DNA of 32,000 nt, taken from NCBI RefSeq assembly GCF_900289195.1, contig NZ_OMOH01000002.1:91206-123205 (forward strand), in the 5' to 3' direction. Of the stretch, positions 17,784 to 26,581 are shown one piece after another. A model generated the notes under the pieces. The model did no database searches, was not told the DNA's origin, and saw only the letters and a list, made by a program, of their open reading frames with translations. The DNA is from Propionibacterium ruminifibrarum. Its GTDB lineage: Bacteria; Actinomycetota; Actinomycetes; Propionibacteriales; Propionibacteriaceae. The position numbers and the translations under genes were made by a program. Each line of letters begins with the position of its first letter. The stretch's first letter is position 1.

Positions 17784-18983
17784 ATGATCGGACCGCAGGT
17801 GGTCACGCCCGTGGGCGGTCCGGCGCCCGATGTCGACTCGAAGACCGTCATGAGATTCGACGAACTTCTAACGAACTGTACCGAATCGGTCTCAGCGTCA
17901 GACGACACGCAACTGAACGCCAGTTGCCGCCACATCGGAACCGGTTTCACCGCCTCAGCGGAGTGGTGGTTCGTGCCGTCCAGGAGATGTCCAACTCCTC
18001 AGCCGCTGAGGCGCGTCATGGCGCTATCCTGTGTGCACTGCCCCGCAGCGACCGGAGTCCACGGCTCAGGCCTGCGTTCCCCCCAGAAAAAGACCGAACC
18101 AGTGAGCAACAAGCACCACAGACACGGTGTCCGGCCCTACGCGGGCTGGCTCGTCTTCGCCTCTGCCCTCGGCTGCGCGTGGTTCCTCGTCCTGACCGCC
18201 ATCGACATGCCGTTCTGGACCGGTGATCTCTCGCCCTTGGAGGTCACCCGGACGATCAGCACCGACGCAGACCCCGCCGGGGCCGACCCGCGTTCGACTC
18301 CGGACGATGTGGAGTCCGATCCGGCTGACACAGGCGGTTCAGCCACCGAGCCGGCCCCGCCGGCCCCTTCGACTGTCGGCCGGGACGGCGACCTCCTGGC
18401 CCGGACAGCGGAGTCACGGCGAGCGGATGCCCCGCTCGCGTCCCGGACGACACCGCAACAGGCCACCATCCAGGAGGCGAACCCGCCATCATCACGGCGC
18501 GCTGCGGTGACGGTTCGAGCCGGCCACGGGGACCCGGCCGGTTCCCCGACTGGACGCAGCATGGGTCCGGGACGCACAGCGACGCACCTGGCGGACCCTG
18601 ACTTGCGACACGAGGTCGAGCCGTTGCAGACCCCAGCAGACCAGTTCCAGGCGCTGATGCTGGAAGCCATCCAGGTCTCACTCGGCCTAGACCTGGAGGC
18701 CTGGGACCTGGACGAGGACGATGCCGTCCCCTCCCCGGCCTGGCATGCGGCCCCGGGTGAGCAGCCGCCAGGGGACGACCGCTTCCCCATCGGCCGGGGC
18801 CCCGGCGCACCGGTCGAGGAACCTCCCTCAGACGTCGACGATCAGTGGGCGGACAGCCTGCCGGACGAGACCGGGGCAGCTGTCGCGGAGCCCCGGGACG
18901 TCCAACCGGTCCACTCCCCCGGTCCCCTTGGCGCGGCGGGGATGACGACACCGGATGGGCTCTGCTCCCCGGAGGAACCATGA
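17784..18983 (+). CDS. Hypothetical membrane-anchored protein with a long acidic/Pro-rich disordered C-terminal region; start uncertain
   Basis: Track ORF of 399 aa. Alternative in-frame starts are ATG 17850 (MRFDELL) and GTG 18102, which lies just before the only TM segment (WLVFASALGCAWFLVLTAI). The stop TGA at 18981-18983 overlaps the ATG at 18980 of the next gene (ATGA). The first roughly 300 nt have ambiguous coding signal. Confidence 0.4.
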   Translation: MIGPQVVTPVGGPAPDVDSKTVMRFDELLTNCTESVSASDDTQLNASCRHIGTGFTASAEWWFVPSRRCPTPQPLRRVMALSCVHCPAATGVHGSGLRSPQKKTEPVSNKHHRHGVRPYAGWLVFASALGCAWFLVLTAIDMPFWTGDLSPLEVTRTISTDADPAGADPRSTPDDVESDPADTGGSATEPAPPAPSTVGRDGDLLARTAESRRADAPLASRTTPQQATIQEANPPSSRRAAVTVRAGHGDPAGSPTGRSMGPGRTATHLADPDLRHEVEPLQTPADQFQALMLEAIQVSLGLDLEAWDLDEDDAVPSPAWHAAPGEQPPGDDRFPIGRGPGAPVEEPPSDVDDQWADSLPDETGAAVAEPRDVQPVHSPGPLGAAGMTTPDGLCSPEEP

Positions 18984-19663
18984 TCCCGCGGACAGCGGGG
19001 AATCCTGCCGTCGCGGTCTTCGACGAACGGGCCGAGGACTACGACCAGTGGTTCGACGAACACCCGAACCTGCACCGCGCCGAGCTCACCGCGGTCGGTG
19101 AGCTGCTGGCGCAGGTCCGCGCGGTGCACGGCGCGGACGCGAGGTGCCTGGAGATCGGCGTCGGCACCGGCCGCTTCGCGGCGCCCCTGGGCATCGGGCA
19201 CGGAGTCGAGCCGGCACCCCGGATGGCCCGGGTCGCCCGTGCCCGTGGCGTCGACACGGTCATCGCCGTCGCCGAGGCCCTGCCCTACCGGTCCGGGGCC
19301 TTCGCCTGCACCCTCTTCGTCACCTCGCTGTGCTTCGTCGCCGATCCGCTGCGGGCGCTGCGCGAGGCGCGGCGGGTGACCTATGACGACGGCGCCGTCA
19401 TCGTGGCCTTCCTCGACCTGGCCAGTGACGCCGGCCTGGCGCTGGCTGCCACGCCCCAGCGCGCCGGCTCCTACTACGCGGCAGCCCACCTGCGCACCGG
19501 CGCCGAGATCACCGAGCTCCTGCGCGGCACCGGTTTCCGCCCCTCGGACTCCCGGCAGGTCCGCACGGACCTCGGCGACGAGGCCCCGGTCGTCCGGCCG
19601 GGCACCGGTGACGGCCTGTTCTGCTGCCTGCTGGCGCACGCCGACGGGGCCGCCGCGGGGTAG
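18980..19663 (+). CDS. Class I SAM-dependent methyltransferase (Methyltransf_11-like)
   Basis: From ATG 18980, with ggagga 3 nt upstream: MIPRTAGNPAVAVFDERAEDYDQWF...CLEIGVGTGRFAAPL (motif I)...ALPYRSGAFACTLF. The longer track ORF 18845..19663 is an upstream extension that overlaps the previous gene. Confidence 0.8.
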   Translation: MIPRTAGNPAVAVFDERAEDYDQWFDEHPNLHRAELTAVGELLAQVRAVHGADARCLEIGVGTGRFAAPLGIGHGVEPAPRMARVARARGVDTVIAVAEALPYRSGAFACTLFVTSLCFVADPLRALREARRVTYDDGAVIVAFLDLASDAGLALAATPQRAGSYYAAAHLRTGAEITELLRGTGFRPSDSRQVRTDLGDEAPVVRPGTGDGLFCCLLAHADGAAAG

Positions 19664-19672
19664 CCGGCCGCG

Positions 19673-20287
19673 TCATCGACCGGGGCGGGCGCCCCAGATC
19701 CTCACCTGCCAGTCGTCCCCGGCGGGCTCCAGCACCGTCCAGGAGCAGTTGCCCGGCGCCGGGTGCTCGCCGGTGCGAAATCCCGGGCCGCACAACGCCT
19801 GGACGCCCTCGCGGATGGCCACCCAGTGGCTGACGACGACGGTGGTGAGGCCCTGGTGCCTCCAGGCGATCTCGCGGAGGGCGCGTCCGACGCGCTCGCG
19901 CACCTCGGCATTCGTCTCGCCGGTGGGCGAGAAGCGGAAGTCCTCGTCCTCGCTCCAGGGGTCCGGGCCGTGACCCCGGGTGATGCCGACCTGGTCGAGG
20001 GTGAGGCCCGCCCAGTCGCCGACGTCGACCTCGGTGAGCCGGTCGTCCTTCTCGACGGGCAGGCCGGTGAGCACCGACAGGGCCGCCGCCGTGTTGCGCG
20101 CCCGGCTCAGCGGCGAGCTGACGATCCGGTCGGGGTTCATCCCCGCCAGGTACGGTGCCGCGGCCCTCGCCTGGGCGACACCGACCTCGTCGAGCGGCAC
20201 GTCCTGCTGGCCCTGGAAGAGATGGCGCACGTTGAAACCGGTCCGCCCGTGACGCCACAGGATCAGCCGGGTTCCCGGGTCGATCAC
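19673..20287 (-). CDS. Histidine phosphatase superfamily protein (phosphoglycerate-mutase-like)
   Basis: From GTG 20287: [19 protein letters not shown] (RHG catalytic motif)...SSPLSRARNTA...VVVSHWVAI. Its position downstream of nadD-rsfS matches that of M. tuberculosis GpgP (Rv2419c), recalled from memory. The start overlaps the rsfS stop (GTGA). Confidence 0.8.
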   Translation of the reverse strand: MIDPGTRLILWRHGRTGFNVRHLFQGQQDVPLDEVGVAQARAAAPYLAGMNPDRIVSSPLSRARNTAAALSVLTGLPVEKDDRLTEVDVGDWAGLTLDQVGITRGHGPDPWSEDEDFRFSPTGETNAEVRERVGRALREIAWRHQGLTTVVVSHWVAIREGVQALCGPGFRTGEHPAPGNCSWTVLEPAGDDWQVRIWGARPGR

Positions 20288-20682
20288 TGACCGTCCACCG
20301 TCGAGGCTGCGGCCGCATCGGCCCGGTTCGCCTCGAGCTCGATGGTCGGGCAGTCGCTCCACAGACGCTCCAGCCCGTACATGGCGCGGTCGTCGACGTG
20401 CATGACGTGCACGACGAGATCGCCGTAGTCGAGCAGCACCCAGCGGTTCGTTCCGTGGCCCTCGCGCCGCAGTGGCCGCTCCCCCAGCTCGACGAGACGG
20501 TCCTCGACGGCATCGACGATGGCGCCGACCTGACGCTCGGTGCGTCCGGACAGGACGAGGAAGACATCGGCGATGGCCAGCTGCTCGCTGACGTCGAAGG
20601 CCTCGATGTTCTCGGCGAGTTTGCCCGACGCCGCTGCTGCCGCGGCCCGGGTGATCTGGAGTGCGTGATCGGTGGCGCTCAT
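20284..20682 (-). CDS. rsfS: Ribosome silencing factor RsfS
   Basis: From ATG 20682: [63 protein letters not shown]...[28 protein letters not shown], a typical RsfS/iojap sequence. There is an ATGA overlap with the nadD stop. Confidence 0.9.
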   Translation of the reverse strand: MSATDHALQITRAAAAAASGKLAENIEAFDVSEQLAIADVFLVLSGRTERQVGAIVDAVEDRLVELGERPLRREGHGTNRWVLLDYGDLVVHVMHVDDRAMYGLERLWSDCPTIELEANRADAAAASTVDGQ

Positions 20683-21461
20683 GGGGCTCCTTCGCCGGGC
20701 AGGGCCCCGGCAAGCTGGGCGGTGTCCTGCGGGACCGGGTCGGGTACGAGCACGTCGGACTCGTTCGCCCCCGTGTACAGGCCCCGTTTGGCGACGTATT
20801 GGACGACGCCGTCGGGCACCAGGTACCACAGCGGCAGCCCCGAGGCGACGCGGTTGCGGCACTCGGTCGACGAGATGGCCAGGGCGGGCACCTCGAGCAG
20901 GGTGACCTTGTCGGCCGGCAGATGGCTGATGTCGCTCATGGAGATGTCGACGCCGGGCCGGGTCACACCGACGAAGCTGGCGAGTCCGAAGAGCTCGTCG
21001 GCCCCCCGCCAGGTGAGGATGGAGCGCAGCGCGTCGGCGCCGGTGATGAAGAACAGGTCGAGGTTGCCGCCGCGCTCGGCGCGAATGTCCTTGATCGTGT
21101 CGACCGTGTAGGTGTTGCCCGGCCGGTCGATGTCGACGCGGCTGACGGTGAACTGCGGGTTGGAGGCGGTCGCGACCACGGTCATCAGGTAGCGGTCCTC
21201 GCTCTTGGACACCCGCCTGCCGGCCTTCTGCCAGGGCACACCGGTGGGGACGAAGACGACCTCGTCGAGTTCGAACCGGGCCGCCACCTCACTGGCCGCC
21301 ACGAGGTGGCCGTGGTGGATGGGGTCGAAGGTGCCGCCCATGATGCCCAGCCGGTAGGGCCGGACCATGCTCGCACGGGGCAGCCCCAGGCTGCTCTGCT
21401 GTTCGTCGCCCGCGGCCGTCGGCTCATCGGTCATCTGCGACCCCGACCCCTTTCGTGGCAT
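20679..21461 (-). CDS. nadD: Nicotinate-nucleotide adenylyltransferase
   Basis: [19 protein letters not shown] (the (H/T)xGH motif) and [10 protein letters not shown] (the ISST motif). The start is ambiguous: ATG 21461, or the internal Met codons at MTDEP / MVRPY. Confidence 0.9.
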   Translation of the reverse strand: MPRKGSGSQMTDEPTAAGDEQQSSLGLPRASMVRPYRLGIMGGTFDPIHHGHLVAASEVAARFELDEVVFVPTGVPWQKAGRRVSKSEDRYLMTVVATASNPQFTVSRVDIDRPGNTYTVDTIKDIRAERGGNLDLFFITGADALRSILTWRGADELFGLASFVGVTRPGVDISMSDISHLPADKVTLLEVPALAISSTECRNRVASGLPLWYLVPDGVVQYVAKRGLYTGANESDVLVPDPVPQDTAQLAGALPGEGAP

Positions 21462-21503
21462 GGCGGCCAGTCTAACGCGCGCCGGCCCGGGCCGGCCGCG
21501 GGC

Positions 21504-22745
21504 TCATGCACGGGTCTGCCCATCACCGGACAGGAGGTACTTGGTGGTGGTCATCTCGGTCAGGCCCATGGGGCCGCGGGCGTGCAGCTTCTGGGTGGAG
21601 ATGCCGATCTCGGCCCCGAAACCGAACTGGCCGCCGTCGGTGAAACGGCTCGACGCGTTGACCAGGACGACCGCCGCGTCGACCTCGGCGGTGAAGCGCC
21701 GCTGGTTGGCGGCGTCGGCGGTGACGATGGTCTCCGAATGGCCGGTGCTGTAGCGGCGGATGTGCGTCAGAGCGGCGTCGATGTCGTCGACGACGGCGCA
21801 GGCCAGGTCGAGGCTGAGGTACTCGGCCTCGTACTCGTGCTCCGTGGCCGGCACGATCCTGTCATCGATGGCGCGGCTCGCCTCGTCACCGTGGACGGTG
21901 ACGCCTGCCGCGGTGAGCGCGTCCAGCGCCGCCGGCAGGAACTCTGCGGCGATCGCTCGGTGCACGAGCAGCGTCTCGAGCGCGTTGCACACGCTGGGCC
22001 GCTGGGTCTTGGCGTTGAGCATGATCGACATGGCCATCGCCCGGTCGGCGGAGGCGTCGACGAACAGGTGGCAGTTGCCGGTGCCCGTCTCGATGACCGG
22101 CACGGTGGCGCCCTCGACGACGGCGCGGATCAGGCCGGCCCCGCCCCGGGGGATGAGCAGATCGACGAGCCCGCGGGCGCGCATGAGTTCATCGGTCACC
22201 TCGTGGCCGCCTTCGACGAGGTTGATGCAGTCGGCCGGCAGCCCGCTGGACTCGAGCCCCTGCCGCAGGGCCTCCACGACGACCCTGTTCGTGCGCAGGC
22301 AGCTCGAGGAGCCGCGCAGCAGGCTGGCGTTGCCCGACTTCAGGCAGATGCCCGCGGCGTCGGCGGTGACGTTGGGGCGGGCCTCGTAGATCATGCCGAT
22401 GACTCCGAAGGGCACCCGCACCTGGTCGACGTGCACGCCGTTGGGCAGGTTCCAGCCGTGAATCGTCTCGCCGACCGGATCGGGCAGCAACGCCAGGTCG
22501 CGCAGGCCCTGCGCCATCTCGGCCAGGCGGTCCGGGGTCAGGGTCAGACGGTCGACGAGGGCCTCGCCGGTGCCGGCGGCACGGGCCGCCTCGACGTCCG
22601 AGGCGTTGGCCGCCAGCACGTCGTCGCCGGCCGCCAGGAGCGCGTCGGCCATGGCCCGCAGTGCCGCGTCCTTGCGGTCACGGGTCGCTGTGGACAATAC
22701 GCGTGAGGCTGTCTTGGCGCGTTCCGCCAGGTCACTGATCTGCAT
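21504..22745 (-). CDS. proA: Gamma-glutamyl phosphate reductase
   Basis: 413 aa with [37 protein letters not shown] and the C-terminal [27 protein letters not shown], both canonical ProA segments. Confidence 0.95.
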   Translation of the reverse strand: MQISDLAERAKTASRVLSTATRDRKDAALRAMADALLAAGDDVLAANASDVEAARAAGTGEALVDRLTLTPDRLAEMAQGLRDLALLPDPVGETIHGWNLPNGVHVDQVRVPFGVIGMIYEARPNVTADAAGICLKSGNASLLRGSSSCLRTNRVVVEALRQGLESSGLPADCINLVEGGHEVTDELMRARGLVDLLIPRGGAGLIRAVVEGATVPVIETGTGNCHLFVDASADRAMAMSIMLNAKTQRPSVCNALETLLVHRAIAAEFLPAALDALTAAGVTVHGDEASRAIDDRIVPATEHEYEAEYLSLDLACAVVDDIDAALTHIRRYSTGHSETIVTADAANQRRFTAEVDAAVVLVNASSRFTDGGQFGFGAEIGISTQKLHARGPMGLTEMTTTKYLLSGDGQTRA

Positions 22746-22793
22746 TCCCCCACAGTAGCGGTCCGCGGGCCCGGTGCCTCCGCAGGATGGGGC

Positions 22794-23963
22794 TCAGTCA
22801 CCGTGCTGCATGAGCACCAGCATGTCTCGGTGCACCACCTCGCGCTCGTACTCGGCGCCCATCGCCGAGGCCAGCTCGGTGGAGCTGTGGCCGAGCATGG
22901 CGGGCAGGTCCCCGCTGGAGAAGTTGACGATGCCGCGGGCCACGACCACGCCATCGGGGCCGGCCAGTTCCACCGGGTCGCCGGCCAGGAAGTCACCGCT
23001 GACACCGGTGACGCCCGCGGCGAGCAAGGAGGCCTTGCGCACCGTCAGCGCGTGGACGGCCCCCTCGTCGAGGGTGAGGCGGCCACGGCTCTGGGAGGCG
23101 TAGGCAAGCCACATGAGGCGGCGAGGGCGCATGTGGTCGACGGGCGCGAAGACCGTGCCGGTCGCCCCGGCCAGCGCCCGCTCGGCCTCTTGGGCGCTGG
23201 TGAGGAGCACGGGGATGCCGGAGCCGGCGGCGATCTGGACGGCCTGGACCTTGGTCGTCATCCCCCCGGAGCCGATTCCGGCGCTGCCCGCCCGATGGGT
23301 GTCGACCGTCAGGGAGTCGACATCGGCGACGAAACCGATGCGCTCGGAGTCCGGCTCGTCGGGATGGCTCGTGTAGAGGGCGCTGACGTCCGAGAGCAGG
23401 ATGAGGGCGTCGGCGCGCACGACCTGGGCGACGAGCGCGGCAAGCCGGTCGTTGTCGCCGAAGCGGATCTCGTGGGTGGCGACGGTGTCGTTCTCGTTGA
23501 CGATCGGCACGGCGCCCATGCGCAGCAGGGTTCCCAGGGTGCGCGAGGCGTTGCGGTAGCTGGCCTGGCGGGTCATGTCGTCGACGGTGAGCAGCAGCTG
23601 ACCGGCGAGTAGGCCGCGCGCGGCGAAGAGTTCGGTGTATCGCTCCATGAGCAGCCCCTGCCCGACGGCGGCGGCGGCCTGCTGGTGGGCCAGGTCCCGC
23701 GGGCGTCTGGCCAGACCGAGCGGGCTCATGCCGGCCGAGATGGCGCCGGAGCTGACCAGGACGACGTCCCGGCCGGCGTCGTGGGCGTCGGCCAGCGCCT
23801 TGACCAGCCCGGCCAGGCGCATCGTGTCCATGCCGCTCGTCGCGCTGGAGATCGAGGAGGACCCGACCTTGACGACGACGCGCCGGGCACCGGCTATGGA
23901 CTCGCGCACCCCGGCCTCGTCCTCGCCCCGACGGTGCGAGCCGGTGACCCGCCGCTCAGTCAT
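22794..23963 (-). CDS. proB: Glutamate 5-kinase (with a PUA domain)
   Basis: From ATG 23963: MTERRV...[11 protein letters not shown]...VLVSSGAI...[10 protein letters not shown]...[12 protein letters not shown]...[11 protein letters not shown]-like segment...PUA-like C-terminus. The start overlaps the obg 3' end by 8 nt. The upstream part of the track ORF (to 24179) is an extension inside obg. Confidence 0.93.
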   Translation of the reverse strand: MTERRVTGSHRRGEDEAGVRESIAGARRVVVKVGSSSISSATSGMDTMRLAGLVKALADAHDAGRDVVLVSSGAISAGMSPLGLARRPRDLAHQQAAAAVGQGLLMERYTELFAARGLLAGQLLLTVDDMTRQASYRNASRTLGTLLRMGAVPIVNENDTVATHEIRFGDNDRLAALVAQVVRADALILLSDVSALYTSHPDEPDSERIGFVADVDSLTVDTHRAGSAGIGSGGMTTKVQAVQIAAGSGIPVLLTSAQEAERALAGATGTVFAPVDHMRPRRLMWLAYASQSRGRLTLDEGAVHALTVRKASLLAAGVTGVSGDFLAGDPVELAGPDGVVVARGIVNFSSGDLPAMLGHSSTELASAMGAEYEREVVHRDMLVLMQHGD

Positions 23964-25557
23964 GGTCCCGCCCCGTGCCGTCGTCACCACTGCCGTAGGG
24001 GTCTCCCCCGACCCATTCGACCTCGACGTCGTCGACCTCGGACGCGAACCCGGCCGGAGTCTGCTCGGAGCGGGTGTCGCGGAGCCGACGCCAGTCGGCC
24101 TCGTCGCCCTCCGCCACGGGGGCCTCGTGTTCGGCCCGGTGGGCGGCCTCGCGCTCCCTGCGGCGCCGGACGGCCCCACGCGGCTGATTCAATCGCTGGT
24201 CCTCACCGCGTGGGGCCAGGATCTCGGCTCCCACCTCGACCTGCGGGGCGAAGTCGAAGACGACGGGATGTTCCCCCGAACCGATCGCGACGGTGTCGTG
24301 GGGCTGGGCGCCGGCGGCGAGGAGCTCGTCCTCGACGCCGAGGCGGTTGAGCCGGTCGGCCAGGTAGCCGACGGCCTCGTCGTTGCCGAAGTCGGTCTGG
24401 CGCACCCAGCGTTCCGGTTTGGCGCCCCGCACCCGCCAGACGAAACCGCCCTCGCCGTCGCCTTGGCGTTTGATGGTGAACCCTGCGGTGTCGTCGACGG
24501 CCCGCGGGCGGATGACGACGCGTGGCGGCGGGGCCGCGGCCTGCTCGATTCGGCGTTGCCTGACGAGCTCGCTCATCGCGAAGACGAGTTCCTGGAGGCC
24601 CTCGCCCGTCATGACGGAGGTCGCGATGACGCGCAGGCCGCGGGCCTCGAGATCGGGCCTGGCCATCTCGGCGATGGCCCTGCCGTCGGGCACGTCGATC
24701 TTGTTGATGACGACGATGCGGGGCCGGTCCTCGAGCCCGCCGTGGGCGCCGAGCTCGGTCTCGATGGCGTCCAGGTCACTCAGCGGGTCGCGTCCGGGCT
24801 CGTAGGTTGCTGCGTCGATGACGTGGACGATGGCCTGGCACCGTTCGATGTGGCGCAGGAATTCGTGTCCCAGTCCCTTGCCCCGGCTGGCGCCCGGGAT
24901 GAGACCGGGTACGTCCGCCACCGTGTAGGTGTGGTCGCCGGCCTTGACGACCCCGAGATTCGGGACGAGCGTGGTGAAGGGGTAGTCGGCGACTCGTGGT
25001 TTGGCAGAGCTGATGGCGCCGATGATGCTGGACTTGCCGGCGGAGGGGAAACCCACCAGGCCGACGTCGGCGATGACCTTGAGCTCGAGGCAGATGGTGC
25101 GCTGCTCCCCCTCCTCACCCAGCAGGGCGAAGCCGGGCGCCTTGCGGGTCCTGGAGGCGAGCGCCTCGTTGCCCAGGCCACCGCGCCCGCCCTGGGCCAC
25201 CACGCATTCGGACAGCCCGCCGGTCAGGTCGGCCAGCACCTGGCCGGTGTCGGCGTCGAAGACGACCGTGCCCTCGGGAACGGGCAGGACGACGTCCTCG
25301 CCGTTGGCGCCGGCCCGGTGCTCACCCATGCCGGGTTGACCGTTGGTGGCCTTGCGCTGGGACTGGCGGTGGTAGTCGACCAGGGAGTTCATCTGAGGAT
25401 CGACCCGGACGATGACCGAGCCACCGCGCCCGCCATTGCCGCCGTCGGGCCCGCCGAGCGGCTTGAACTTCTCGCGGTGCACCGAGACACACCCGTTGCC
25501 GCCGTTGCCTGCACGGACGACCAGCTGGACTCGGTCGACGAACGAGGGAATTGCCAT
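23956..25557 (-). CDS. obg: GTPase Obg/CgtA with an extended C-terminal domain
   Basis: [48 protein letters not shown] (Obg fold), G motifs [15 protein letters not shown] and NKID, plus an acidic C-terminal extension. aggag lies 9 nt upstream of the ATG. Confidence 0.95.
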   Translation of the reverse strand: MAIPSFVDRVQLVVRAGNGGNGCVSVHREKFKPLGGPDGGNGGRGGSVIVRVDPQMNSLVDYHRQSQRKATNGQPGMGEHRAGANGEDVVLPVPEGTVVFDADTGQVLADLTGGLSECVVAQGGRGGLGNEALASRTRKAPGFALLGEEGEQRTICLELKVIADVGLVGFPSAGKSSIIGAISSAKPRVADYPFTTLVPNLGVVKAGDHTYTVADVPGLIPGASRGKGLGHEFLRHIERCQAIVHVIDAATYEPGRDPLSDLDAIETELGAHGGLEDRPRIVVINKIDVPDGRAIAEMARPDLEARGLRVIATSVMTGEGLQELVFAMSELVRQRRIEQAAAPPPRVVIRPRAVDDTAGFTIKRQGDGEGGFVWRVRGAKPERWVRQTDFGNDEAVGYLADRLNRLGVEDELLAAGAQPHDTVAIGSGEHPVVFDFAPQVEVGAEILAPRGEDQRLNQPRGAVRRRREREAAHRAEHEAPVAEGDEADWRRLRDTRSEQTPAGFASEVDDVEVEWVGGDPYGSGDDGTGRDHD

Positions 25558-25643
25558 GGGTAGAACTCCTGTGATGGCCGGTGCGGCCAGTCTATTCGGC
25601 GCGGGCCGCGCGGACCTGCCCGATGGGGCGGGGCGGCTGCGTC

Positions 25644-25693
25644 CTCATATGGGCAGGGGCCAACCCCGAAGGGTTGGCCCCTGCCCATATGAG
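25644..25693 (-). repeat. Perfect 23-bp inverted repeat forming a hairpin with a UUCG loop, between rpmA and obg
   Basis: ctcatatgggcaggggccaaccc (25644-25666), cgaa, then gggttggcccctgcccatatgag (25671-25693). All 23 pairs were checked by hand. The repeat starts 10 nt after the rpmA stop on the minus strand. No U-tract follows. Confidence 0.85.
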
Positions 25694-25703
25694 TGGGAAG
25701 AAC

Positions 25704-25967
25704 TCAGGCGGTCGTCTCCACCGGCTCGACGTTGACGACGCGGCGCCCCCGGCGGGTGCCGAACTGGACGGTGCCGGGGACCAGGGCGAACAACGTGTCG
25801 TCGCCACCACGACCGACGCCCTCGCCGGGGTGGAAGTGGGTGCCGCGCTGGCGCACGAGGATCTCGCCGGCGTTGACGAGCTGACCGCCGAAGCGCTTCA
25901 CGCCAAGACGCTGCGCGTTCGAGTCACGACCGTTGCGGGAACTGGAACCAGCCTTCTTGTGTGCCAT
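25704..25967 (-). CDS. rpmA: 50S ribosomal protein L27
   Basis: [62 protein letters not shown], a canonical L27 sequence. Confidence 0.97.
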   Translation of the reverse strand: MAHKKAGSSSRNGRDSNAQRLGVKRFGGQLVNAGEILVRQRGTHFHPGEGVGRGGDDTLFALVPGTVQFGTRRGRRVVNVEPVETTA

Positions 25968-25977
25968 GTCTGTCTCC

Positions 25978-26286
25978 TCAGGCGTTGATCCCGGTGACCT
26001 TGACCCGGGTGTAGTGCTGCCTATGACCCTGGTGGCGCTTGTAACCGGTCTTGTTCTTGTAGTGAAGGATGTGGAGCTTGGGGCCCTTGGACTCGCCGAG
26101 GACCTCGGCGGTGACGCTCACCTTGCCGAGCGACTTCGCGTCAGAGGTGACGTTCTCGCCGTCCACCACGAGCAGGGGCTGGAGCTCGACGCTCGCACCC
26201 ACCTCTTCGGCGATCTTGTCGATCTCGACGATGTCGCCCACTGCCACCTTGTGCTGGCGGCCGCCACTGCGCACGATCGCGTACAC
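25978..26286 (-). CDS. rplU: 50S ribosomal protein L21
   Basis: From GTG 26286: [25 protein letters not shown]...[31 protein letters not shown]. The track ORF extends to 26535, but that upstream part is Arg/Pro-rich non-native sequence. aggaag lies about 10 nt upstream. Confidence 0.93.
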   Translation of the reverse strand: MYAIVRSGGRQHKVAVGDIVEIDKIAEEVGASVELQPLLVVDGENVTSDAKSLGKVSVTAEVLGESKGPKLHILHYKNKTGYKRHQGHRQHYTRVKVTGINA

Positions 26287-26439
26287 GCCTGACCCACTTC
26301 CTGTATCGCGCCGTCCTGCGGGCGGCGTAGCTTGTGCCCATCGGCAGTCCGATGGTTCTCGGTTCGATCGGCGGTTGCCCAGGCGTGGACGACCGCTCCC
26401 GCCCGGCTCGAGATGGACGAGCCAGAGCACCGTCGAACG

Positions 26440-26468
26440 AGAATACCCGCAGCAGGGGGCACGGTCAA
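26440..26468 (-). promoter_or_regulatory. Candidate rplU-rpmA promoter (TTGACC-N17-TATTCT on the minus strand)
   Basis: Plus-strand ggtcaa at 26463-26468 and agaata at 26440-26445, with a 17-nt spacer. This implies a 5' UTR of about 150 nt for rplU. Pattern match only. Confidence 0.5.
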
Positions 26469-26505
26469 ACGCGCCGGCCGGCCGGCGGCACGTCGAGGGC
26501 GGTGT

Positions 26506-26535
26506 TTGACCAGCCGCGGAACCCGCGCATACCAT
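26506..26535 (+). promoter_or_regulatory. Candidate divergent promoter (TTGACC-N18-TACCAT) facing the small ORF and cys operon
   Basis: ttgacc at 26506-26511 and taccat at 26530-26535 (TANNNT form). Its -35 element is the inverted-repeat partner of the rplU -35 (ggtcaaac at 26463-26470 and gtttgacc at 26504-26511). Confidence 0.4.
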
Positions 26536-26581
26536 CGAGACACCCTGTGTCGCGGGGTTTGTCTACTCAAAGGACGTTCAG

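Noticed and set aside
17720-17950. 76-aa minus-strand ORF overlapping the 3' end of the DUF817 gene
   Set aside because: It has no Shine-Dalgarno sequence and no recognisable motifs, it overlaps a supported gene by about 50 nt, and its GC3 is only moderately elevated. It is kept only as part of the ambiguous-coding observation.
20661-25563. Long plus-strand ORFs 20661..22706 (681 aa), 22803..23612 and 23635..25563 (642 aa)
   Set aside because: They are antisense to nadD, proA, proB and obg, all of which have canonical motifs on the minus strand. This is the same high-GC artefact.
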